Program-made: the position numbers and the translations under genes
Source of the DNA: Thermoproteota archaeon
GTDB lineage: Archaea; Korarchaeota; Korarchaeia; Korarchaeales; JAOZGB01
Assembly (NCBI GenBank): GCA_037917685.1
Contig: JAVCBU010000006.1
Span: 192,001-256,000, forward strand
Direction of reading: 5' to 3'
DNA: 64,000 nucleotides
Shown: positions 56,391-64,000 of the stretch, one piece after another
Numbering within the stretch: the stretch's first letter is position 1
How the letters are laid out: each line of letters opens with the position of its first letter
The notes under the pieces: model-generated
The model's database searches: none
Told to the model about the DNA's origin: nothing
Seen by the model: the letters and a program-made list of their open reading frames with translations, nothing else

Positions 56391-57464
56391 TTAGGACAAA
56401 TCTTTTAGGTGCTTAACAAGCTCACCAAGATTCTTGTTCTCCTTAACAGAAATGTAAAACACTGGTTTATCCCCGATTAAGGCCTCTATTTCCTTGAGTT
56501 CCTTAATTCTCCTTTCTTTAATCTTATCAATCTTGTTGAAGACGAAGGTTATCTTATCATCCGCACCGATTTCTCTATACATCTTTAGAAGCGTGCAGAC
56601 TTTTAATTTTAAAACCTCGCTCCTATCCGAGGCGTCAAACATAACTAAAAGCCTATTTGCGGAACGTATATCCATAAGGTTTAATTCAAATGACTGGATA
56701 AGCCTAGGGTCCTGGTCCAATACGAAGCCTATTGTATCTACAAGGTATAGGTTTCCATTGAAAATCGATGAATACTTGCTTGATAGAGTTGTAAAGGGCA
56801 TATCGCTAACGGGTTTCTTGCAACCGGTAAGTTCGTTGAATAGCGACGTCTTACCAGCATTATAGTAGCCCGAGATACATACTATAGGAGCCCCAAATTC
56901 TCTGATCTTATCGATCTGCATCTTCTTTCTCTTCTTAATCTTTTCTATTTCACCCCTGATTCTCTTAATCCTTTTGTGGAGCGCTGATATAGTCTTATGG
57001 TAGGCATACTCGCCGGGTCCTCTGAACCCGGCTTTATGTCTCAGATATTTCATGGATGCTCTCAGCTTCACATAGGGAAACTCTTTCTCAATTGAGGCCA
57101 ACTCTATCTGCAGTTTTGATAATTTGTCAGTTGCAGCCTCCTTAAATATTTCCAAAACCACATCATATCTATCGTACACAGGCACTTGAAACAATTTTTC
57201 AAGATTATATCTCTGCTTGCTTGTTAGAATGTTATAGAATACAACTATATCTGGTTTGTTCTTATAGACTAAATCCTTGATTTCGTAAGCTTTACCCTTA
57301 CCGACACAGTAGTTCACGGTAGGTTTCAATCTACTCTGTATAACCTTTTTGATCGTACTATATCTAAGGGTTAATAGAAGCTTCTCTAATTCTCTAATCT
57401 TTATCAAGTATGCTAGGTGATCATGTATGTCTGTTTTCACCATACATAGAACGGCTTTCCTCAT
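56391..57464 (-). CDS. hflX: GTPase HflX
   Basis: KLQIELA, GPGE, GYYNAGKT, FTTL, DTIGF and NKID motifs. Confidence 0.9.
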   Translation of the reverse strand: MRKAVLCMVKTDIHDHLAYLIKIRELEKLLLTLRYSTIKKVIQSRLKPTVNYCVGKGKAYEIKDLVYKNKPDIVVFYNILTSKQRYNLEKLFQVPVYDRYDVVLEIFKEAATDKLSKLQIELASIEKEFPYVKLRASMKYLRHKAGFRGPGEYAYHKTISALHKRIKRIRGEIEKIKKRKKMQIDKIREFGAPIVCISGYYNAGKTSLFNELTGCKKPVSDMPFTTLSSKYSSIFNGNLYLVDTIGFVLDQDPRLIQSFELNLMDIRSANRLLVMFDASDRSEVLKLKVCTLLKMYREIGADDKITFVFNKIDKIKERRIKELKEIEALIGDKPVFYISVKENKNLGELVKHLKDLS

Positions 57465-58803
57465 GCATTGCACCTATGGGAATGGTGGGTTTCTTGAAGA
57501 GTTTCGGGTCACCCTTTATCGTAGCATCTATAATAACCTTACTCCGAGGTGTTTCTATAAACTTTCCCCCCATTCTCCTCATATTGCTGTGATCCAAACT
57601 CGATCCTCTAACGTTTCTTATTATCAAGTAATCTTCAGAGGGATTGGCTCTTTGTATAACAGCGCTCATTACTTCCAAGTAGTTAGTAACATCCACATCA
57701 GGATCCACAATTATCACACTCTTAAGGCTTTTATGCGCGTATATCGCAGATAGCCCTACCAGAAAAGGCTGATCGTCGGTCTCCTTTTCTATGCTTATCG
57801 CAACTTCAAGCCAGCCTTTACCAGCTGGAGTGGTGGCTACAGCCTTAACATTAGCATGCTTCCTCGCCGCCTGAATTACCGCAGCTTCAACAGGGATACC
57901 CATTAGAAGAGAATGTTCCATTCCACCTGGTAGTATAGCTTGGTATACAGGGTTCCGTTTCATGGAGATCGCTTCAACCTTTAAAACAGGCTGCCTTCTA
58001 ACAATATCAACACCAAGAATCTCGTAGAAAGGCCCTTCATCAGCCCTTTCACCAGCTATTAGCCTTCCCTCCAGAACAACCTGACTACACGATGGAACAT
58101 ACGCGTTGACAGATCTAACCCTTGACATTTCAATAGGCTCCCCTGCAATGCCCCCCGCTACCCTAACTTTGTCTTCCATGGTAGGTATCGCTGAGGCGAG
58201 AAGTAAGGGCATAGGCAATCCTATTGCGGTAGCCACCTCCAAATCCTCTCCCTCCATTTCAGCTCTTTTGAACTCTCTGAGAAGTCTCCTTCCAGCGACA
58301 ATTCTCACAGCCAGTTTATTCCTAGCTACGACCATCATCCTGTGAAAAGAAGCTGAAAAAAGCCCTGTGTCCCGTTCCTTAACAAATATGACTCCTGAAG
58401 TTATGTATGGAGAAGGTTCGCAATCGTAATGATGCAGAATAGGGAGTTTTCTTAAGTCTGGGTCTTCCAAGTAGATATCCCAGGCGTAATCTCTTAAAAG
58501 ATAATCTCGCTTCTCCTTAAGCCCTCCTTCAACCTTAGCTGTCAGGCCATTTATACTTGTGTTAAGTAATGTTGCTATATTAAGTCTTGAGGTTGCAATG
58601 TTCGCTGCAACATTCCACAATTCACCAGTCAAACTACGAACATTCTTAAGATAAACAGCGTACCTCCCATCATATCTTGCAATTATACTTGCAGCCTCAA
58701 ATTCGCAGCTAACTTCATCCCTGAAAGTTTTAATTAGTCCTTTGCTCTCGAGTTTATCGAGATCTTTCCTTAGATCCACATCTATTTGACGCCTAGCACA
58801 CAT
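57421..58803 (-). CDS. UbiD-family prFMN decarboxylase (possibly anhydromevalonate phosphate decarboxylase)
   Basis: SFHRM, EGPFYE and VDPDVD motifs. Confidence 0.85.
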   Translation of the reverse strand: MCARRQIDVDLRKDLDKLESKGLIKTFRDEVSCEFEAASIIARYDGRYAVYLKNVRSLTGELWNVAANIATSRLNIATLLNTSINGLTAKVEGGLKEKRDYLLRDYAWDIYLEDPDLRKLPILHHYDCEPSPYITSGVIFVKERDTGLFSASFHRMMVVARNKLAVRIVAGRRLLREFKRAEMEGEDLEVATAIGLPMPLLLASAIPTMEDKVRVAGGIAGEPIEMSRVRSVNAYVPSCSQVVLEGRLIAGERADEGPFYEILGVDIVRRQPVLKVEAISMKRNPVYQAILPGGMEHSLLMGIPVEAAVIQAARKHANVKAVATTPAGKGWLEVAISIEKETDDQPFLVGLSAIYAHKSLKSVIIVDPDVDVTNYLEVMSAVIQRANPSEDYLIIRNVRGSSLDHSNMRRMGGKFIETPRSKVIIDATIKGDPKLFKKPTIPIGAMHEESRSMYGENRHT

Positions 58804-58877
58804 TAAATTTTTTCCTGATAAAGTTTCTTCCTTCGATAGTTTAATTAATTGCTTACTGTGTAATTCATAAGGTTGAA

Positions 58878-60167
58878 TTGGACGCCGAAGAAAGAATCGA
58901 AATTCAGAAGATATGGGATTTACCTCAGGGTTCAGAGGTTAAAATAAGAGGATGGATATACACAAAGAGCCACGTTGGGGGAATGTTATTTATAAATGTG
59001 AGAGATTCCACAGGTATAGTGCAATCAGTATTTAAAGAAGATACGCTAGGCCCTAAGTTACAAGAAATCCTGACGGTAGGAAGAGAATCATCAATTACTA
59101 TAACAGGGACGGTAAACATAGATGAAAGAGCACCATTAGGCAGGGAAATTATCGTAAAAGACTTTAAAATCGTAGGTGAAAGCAAAGACTATCCTATTAG
59201 GCCAGGAATGTCTGTTGAAACCCTATTAGACCTTAGGCACCTCTACCTACGAGGTAGAAAACCATCAGCTGTCATGAAAATAAGGTCTGAGGTTTTAAAA
59301 GCATTGAGAGAATGGTTCAACGCAAACGGATACGTGGAAACAACAGCTCCAACATTTGTAAGTTCAGCGGTTGAAGGTGGGGCAACCCTGTTTCCAGTAA
59401 ACTATTTCGGCAGAGAAGTATATCTAACCCAGAGCTCACAGTTCTATCTAGAAGCCATGATATTCTCTTTGGAGAAAGTTTATACCATTCAACCTAGCTT
59501 TAGAGCCGAAAAATCAAGAACAAGGAGACATCTATGTGAGTACACTCACGCCGAGGCAGAGATAGCATACGCAGACCTAAACGACATAATGGATATATGT
59601 GAGAAACTCGTTAAGCATGTCTGCAAAGTAGTAGTTGAGAGGTGCGAGAGAGAGCTAAGAATACTTAACAGAGAATTTAAGCCCCTAAATGACCGCTTCC
59701 CAAGGATAACATACGATGAAGCCCTCCAAATCTGCGGTGAGGAAGGAGTAAACATTGCATGGGGAGAAGACTTATCCACCGAAGCCGAAAGAGCTATTTG
59801 CAGACATTATGGCAAGCCTGTTTTTGTTTATAAGTTTCCAAAGCAGACAAGAGCTTTCTACCACATGCCAGATCCCAAAAACGAACAAGTAGTGCTATCG
59901 ACAGATCTTTTAGCACCTGAAGACACGGGAGAGCTGATAGGTGGCGGCCAGAGGATATCAGATTACGACCTTCTCAAAACAAGGATACTTGAGGAAATAG
60001 GAACAACAGAGGGATACGAGTGGTACTTAGATCTAAGAAGGTACGGTAGCGTGCCGCATGCTGGTTTCGGTCTAGGTGTAGAAAGACTTGTAAAATGGAT
60101 AGCAGGGCTCTCACACATAAGAGACGCGATACCATTCCCTAGAACTCCGGCAAGGGTATATCCATAA
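58878..60167 (+). CDS. asnS: Asparaginyl-tRNA synthetase
   Basis: YLTQSSQFYLEA, FRAEKSRTRRHL and GFGLGVER motifs. Confidence 0.88.
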   Translation: MDAEERIEIQKIWDLPQGSEVKIRGWIYTKSHVGGMLFINVRDSTGIVQSVFKEDTLGPKLQEILTVGRESSITITGTVNIDERAPLGREIIVKDFKIVGESKDYPIRPGMSVETLLDLRHLYLRGRKPSAVMKIRSEVLKALREWFNANGYVETTAPTFVSSAVEGGATLFPVNYFGREVYLTQSSQFYLEAMIFSLEKVYTIQPSFRAEKSRTRRHLCEYTHAEAEIAYADLNDIMDICEKLVKHVCKVVVERCERELRILNREFKPLNDRFPRITYDEALQICGEEGVNIAWGEDLSTEAERAICRHYGKPVFVYKFPKQTRAFYHMPDPKNEQVVLSTDLLAPEDTGELIGGGQRISDYDLLKTRILEEIGTTEGYEWYLDLRRYGSVPHAGFGLGVERLVKWIAGLSHIRDAIPFPRTPARVYP

Positions 60168-60200
60168 ACTTTAAATGTAGACGCTGGCTCAACCGGTAGG

Positions 60201-60446
60201 GTGACAAGGATGGGAATGCGTGTAGGTGTACCAATGACCGATGTTATCCTTGAAGAACTCAAAAAGAGAGCTGTAGATGCAGTGGTTTGGAGAATATACT
60301 ATCCCATGAGAAAAGAAGACCCGATAGAGGTGACCGTAGAACCCGGCACAGCCACGCTACCACTTGAGTTCACGGTCAACAATAGAAAAGTTGTGGTGAA
60401 AGAGGGAACAAGGCCTCCAAGGGCTGCCGCGAGAAGAACAGAGTAA
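60201..60446 (+). CDS. Small hypothetical protein
   Basis: TATA-like TTTAAA at about 60170; compact alpha/beta pattern; convergent stop next to the neighbouring gene. Confidence 0.65.
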   Translation: MTRMGMRVGVPMTDVILEELKKRAVDAVVWRIYYPMRKEDPIEVTVEPGTATLPLEFTVNNRKVVVKEGTRPPRAAARRTE

Positions 60447-60447
60447 G

Positions 60448-61479
60448 TCATATCCGCACACTATATATAGCATCCGGGAGGGGAAATTCATACTTGACCT
60501 TCCTCCCTCTTCTATACACCCTTAGTGAACACCTCCCACTTTTTAAAACTCTCCCGATAACTGAATATTCTACACCGACTTTTTCAAATTCGTATTTTAG
60601 AGCTTGAAACTTATCAATTGGAATCGAAATAAGTAGGGCCCCTGATCCCAACAGCCTATATGGGTCGATTCCCACAGCCTTGCATATTATAACTGTCTCC
60701 TCTCTTAGAGGAATCTTTTCAAGCTCAACTTCTATCTCTACGTTTGAGGCTACACAAAGCTCGTAAAGACCCGTGATTACCCCTCCCTCTGTAGGATCAT
60801 GCATGGCTGAGGCGCCGTACTTATAGGCAGCAATAGCCTCCCTTACAACACTAATCTCATCCATAAGGCTCATAGCTCTCAAAAGCACCCACTCCTCTAC
60901 TATCTTACGAAGTTTATCAGAATATTCGTGGGCTATGACAGCAGTTCCCTCAAGACCAGCATACTTTGTCATAACTATAATATCACCCTCCTGGCATCCG
61001 GAGGAAAGTACAGGTTTACTTCCAAGCCCCAAACCTACCATTGCCCCAGCAATCATAGGTTGGCGGACTGACGGAGTAACTTCCGTGTGGCCGGCCACAA
61101 TAGAAACTTCAAGCTCCCTCGCAGCGAGATCCATATCATTCATGATCTTCTTAAGTTCTACCTGTCTACTTCCTTCCGGGAGCAGTATCGTAGGCATGAA
61201 ATACTTGGGTTTTGCCCCTACACATGCAATATCATTAGCATTGATGTGGACCGAAAGCCATCCAGCCTTTTTCACCGCCGCAGTGATGGGATCACAAGCT
61301 AAGGCTATAAAACCATCTTTCCATCTGATTACAGATGCATCTATGCCGATTCCAGGCTTTACGATTACATCCTCATTTTGAAAACCAAGTCGGCTGTAAA
61401 CGATTTTCTCAAGTACATCGTACGGGACTTTTCCTATGCTAAACGAGTTATTCAAGGATCTCTCACCAGAACGTACCAC
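60448..61479 (-). CDS. PurM/AIR-synthase-like (HypE-related) protein
   Basis: GIDA, DPIT, NANDIA, GHTE and MHDPTEGG motifs. Confidence 0.85.
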   Translation of the reverse strand: MVRSGERSLNNSFSIGKVPYDVLEKIVYSRLGFQNEDVIVKPGIGIDASVIRWKDGFIALACDPITAAVKKAGWLSVHINANDIACVGAKPKYFMPTILLPEGSRQVELKKIMNDMDLAARELEVSIVAGHTEVTPSVRQPMIAGAMVGLGLGSKPVLSSGCQEGDIIVMTKYAGLEGTAVIAHEYSDKLRKIVEEWVLLRAMSLMDEISVVREAIAAYKYGASAMHDPTEGGVITGLYELCVASNVEIEVELEKIPLREETVIICKAVGIDPYRLLGSGALLISIPIDKFQALKYEFEKVGVEYSVIGRVLKSGRCSLRVYRRGRKVKYEFPLPDAIYSVRI

Positions 61480-61509
61480 TTTAATAATACCCTCAAACTT
61501 CTATTACCG

Positions 61510-62109
61510 TTGACTATAGAAATCGAAGTTAAACTTAAAATGTCCCATAGAGCCTTTCTCGAAAAACTAAGAGAAGCAGAAATAGAATTTAGAATCACCC
61601 ACACGACAGAGATGATGGATGAGTATTATGACACCGCCGATATGAAACTTTACAAAGACGATAAGGCCCTAAGGATAAGGAAAATAGACGATAAAGTTTT
61701 TCTAACTTTCAAAGGACGTAGATTTACACGCAAACCTAAGTATAGGGTTGAAAGGGAGGCCGAGTTATCAGATAAGAACGAGATAGCCAAAATATTAAAG
61801 GAAGTCGGCATAAAAGTACCCAGCCAAGAGCTAACGATAGGCCGACTAAGGAGAATACTCATTCAAAATGGGTTTACAAAGATCCTTAAAATATCCAAGA
61901 AAAGGTCAATAGTTCAAATTCCAAGATCCAGCAACCTTAAAATATACCTAGATAGTGTAAGACGTCTTGGAGAATACGTAGAAGTCGAAGGTAAATCCTC
62001 ACTTGAATTTATCTCAAGTCTTAACCTCACTGATAAGATAGAACATAGAACTTACCCTGAGATTATGATGGAAACTGTTAAAACGAAGGAAGCAGATATT
62101 AATAAATGA
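61510..62109 (+). CDS. CYTH domain protein (class IV adenylate cyclase/triphosphatase family)
   Basis: EIEVK, DEYY, LRIR, LTFKG and YVEVE motifs; probable TTG start at 61510. Confidence 0.85.
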   Translation: MTIEIEVKLKMSHRAFLEKLREAEIEFRITHTTEMMDEYYDTADMKLYKDDKALRIRKIDDKVFLTFKGRRFTRKPKYRVEREAELSDKNEIAKILKEVGIKVPSQELTIGRLRRILIQNGFTKILKISKKRSIVQIPRSSNLKIYLDSVRRLGEYVEVEGKSSLEFISSLNLTDKIEHRTYPEIMMETVKTKEADINK

Positions 62110-62110
62110 A

Positions 62111-63517
62111 ATGAAAAGAAGCACTACCCTGCTTATACTCCTAATCCTTCTTCCTTTTACAAGCGTTAAATGCGCATCTGGAAAGCCGACTTATCAGTAC
62201 ACCTATTTCGTCTCCAGAGAAGGCTACATAAATGTTTCAATAACTTTTACGGCGGAAAATGAAGGATATTCATGGCTTCTTGTGCCAAGATATGAGCCGT
62301 GGAATCTTATCATTTCACAGGGGGAAATCAGGAAGGTTGAAAATGAGCCTATCACTATATTCTACAACAACTACAGCTTCTACTACTCTGGCAACCCCGT
62401 AACATTCGAACTATCCTTTTCGTACAGGTTTGGTGCATTAATTGTAGAGCCCAACGGTGCATTCTTTTCTACGTGGATCGCTGTATCCCCAAGCTCTTCC
62501 GGAAGTGTCATTGTGATTATGCCAGAAGATTTCAAGGCTAAGGGAAGCGAACCTAGGTGGGAAAAGAAATGGGCTGAGGCTGGATATATATACTACAAGT
62601 ATGGACTGCCTCCAAACGGGAGAATCCTAATTTCTTTTGAAGTAGAAGGAAGAGGAGATTTTATAGAGATAAATGGCGATGGAATTACAATACATACCCC
62701 AAAGCGATATACCGACGTAGCAAGTAACCTCACGCAGATATATGATAGAGTTAGGTCACAAATAATAAAAACCACTGCTACAAGCATAGAACACATCCAC
62801 GTATATTTTTACGTGCCTAAAGACATGAATGAGATACTTGAACTCGGATACACCCCCTTTTCAAATGTAAACAATAAGCTAGGAAACGTCTATATAAACC
62901 TAATAACAGTAAGAATGATAAGTGGCGCCTCAGAACAGGCAATGCTTCATGAAATAATTCACCACTACCTGTGGAAGGCAGGTATAGACGTAAACCTGCT
63001 ATGGGTTCACGAAGGATTGGCAAACTATCTTAGTACTGAATTCCTAAAGAACAGGGGATACCCTGTTGAAAACCTGACATATGAAGACTTAGAGAAAGTC
63101 CCTCAAACTACAGGAGGGAAGTACGGCTTCCTCCAGGACTGGAGGCCGGGGGATCGCGTCCTAAACATTGGATTATACTATGCTGCGAGCCTATACATTA
63201 TAAAGACTATAGGAGACCAATATGGAGGCCTTCAGCTTTATTCGAAACTGTTTAAACTGATAGTAGACAGCAAGACAACTATATCCAGCACTGGACAATT
63301 TGTGGACTATCTTAGCAAAGCAGCAGGTAGAGATCTATCGCCAATGTTCGAAAGCTGGGGTTTCACAATGGAAAAGCCCGGGGTTCAAATAGAGAAGGAG
63401 AAGAACTACCTCCTATACGTTATAGCTGGCTTAATCATAATCCTCCTAATAGTCCTCGCTAAAGAAGTTCTTAAACCATCCTACTATGCAAGTGAAGAAT
63501 ACTACTATATAGTCTGA
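62111..63517 (+). CDS. Membrane-anchored gluzincin (peptidase MA-like) metallopeptidase
   Basis: Signal peptide, HEIIH...WVHEGLA and C-terminal TM helix. Confidence 0.8.
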   Translation: MKRSTTLLILLILLPFTSVKCASGKPTYQYTYFVSREGYINVSITFTAENEGYSWLLVPRYEPWNLIISQGEIRKVENEPITIFYNNYSFYYSGNPVTFELSFSYRFGALIVEPNGAFFSTWIAVSPSSSGSVIVIMPEDFKAKGSEPRWEKKWAEAGYIYYKYGLPPNGRILISFEVEGRGDFIEINGDGITIHTPKRYTDVASNLTQIYDRVRSQIIKTTATSIEHIHVYFYVPKDMNEILELGYTPFSNVNNKLGNVYINLITVRMISGASEQAMLHEIIHHYLWKAGIDVNLLWVHEGLANYLSTEFLKNRGYPVENLTYEDLEKVPQTTGGKYGFLQDWRPGDRVLNIGLYYAASLYIIKTIGDQYGGLQLYSKLFKLIVDSKTTISSTGQFVDYLSKAAGRDLSPMFESWGFTMEKPGVQIEKEKNYLLYVIAGLIIILLIVLAKEVLKPSYYASEEYYYIV

Positions 63518-64000
63518 CTAGAATACTATTCCAGACTCCTCCATTTTCAATAACATTTCAAACCTCCTAACAACCTCATCTTCCATGAGCTTAATTTCTT
63601 CATCAGTCAAACGTTTAAACCTTCCCTGTAATGAGATATACTCCTTAAGAGGCTTTCTTCTAGGCTTAACTGTCACTCTAACCTTTCCATTTTCAACTTC
63701 GTATAGGGGCCATACCCATGTATCTACTGCAAGCTTGGCTATCCTTACAGTGTGCGCTGAGTCGTGCCTCCACCCAACCGGGCATGGTGAGAATAGATGT
63801 ATATACCGGGGACCTCTGGCTTCTTTTGCCTTCCTCAGCTTTCCTATCATGTCCGCAAGGTAGCCCATTGAGGCAGTGGCCACATAGGGTATCCTGTGCG
63901 CTGCCATTATTAATGGTAAATCTTTTGGAAACTGCTTCTTTCCTACAATAGGAGTAGTAGTTGTCCATGCACCATAGGGGGTGCTTCCAGACCTCTGAAT
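63518..64000 (-). CDS. porB: Pyruvate/2-oxoacid:ferredoxin oxidoreductase beta subunit (5' end outside the window)
   Basis: Frame extends to the edge: [33 protein letters not shown] and WPLYE. Confidence 0.9.
   Translation of the reverse strand: MQRSGSTPYGAWTTTTPIVGKKQFPKDLPLIMAAHRIPYVATASMGYLADMIGKLRKAKEARGPRYIHLFSPCPVGWRHDSAHTVRIAKLAVDTWVWPLYEVENGKVRVTVKPRRKPLKEYISLQGRFKRLTDEEIKLMEDEVVRRFEMLLKMEESGIVF

Noticed and set aside
58878-60167. Non-discriminating AspRS
   Set aside because: QSSQFYLE and SRTRRHL fit AsnRS rather than the AspRS QSPQLYKQ motif
60448-61479. Selenophosphate synthetase or selenocysteine system
   Set aside because: No N-terminal Cys/Sec-x-x-Lys motif; no tRNA-Sec or in-frame UGA gene seen in the window
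1-64000. CRISPR arrays, IS elements, integrases or rRNA
   Set aside because: No regularly spaced repeats, transposase or integrase motifs, or rRNA signatures were seen by eye

Overview
Core, housekeeping-dense segment of an archaeal chromosome, most likely Thermoproteota/TACK; this is inferred from crenactin, PolB1, eL14, a cbf5 mRNA intron and multi-intron tRNAs. It holds the uL22-SecY-cbf5 and uS13-rpo3-uS9-SRP54-rpo4 translation/transcription superoperons, gatDE, pheS, asnS, mevalonate/isoprenoid genes, an intein-containing PolB1, a multi-OB RPA, PINA and the SRP (7S) RNA. All five tRNA genes are interrupted, with 8 bulge-helix-bulge (BHB) introns in total, five at non-canonical sites including the variable arm. 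The most notable observations are: (i) a 20-nt BHB intron splitting the catalytic Asp codon of cbf5 that closely resembles a tRNA-Ser D-loop intron; (ii) an unassigned ~110-nt GC-rich, possibly switchable RNA upstream of dnaG; (iii) a stand-alone crenactin, plus an arcadin-2-like gene inserted in the uS11-rpo3 operon; (iv) an apparently catalytically dead TtuA/NcsA paralog (Ctu2-like); (v) an orphan VirB2/CedA1/TedC-like pilin; (vi) an uncalled 31-aa membrane peptide behind a perfect palindrome. No CRISPR array, rRNA or IS element was seen. All calls come from reading motifs by eye; no database searches were run.
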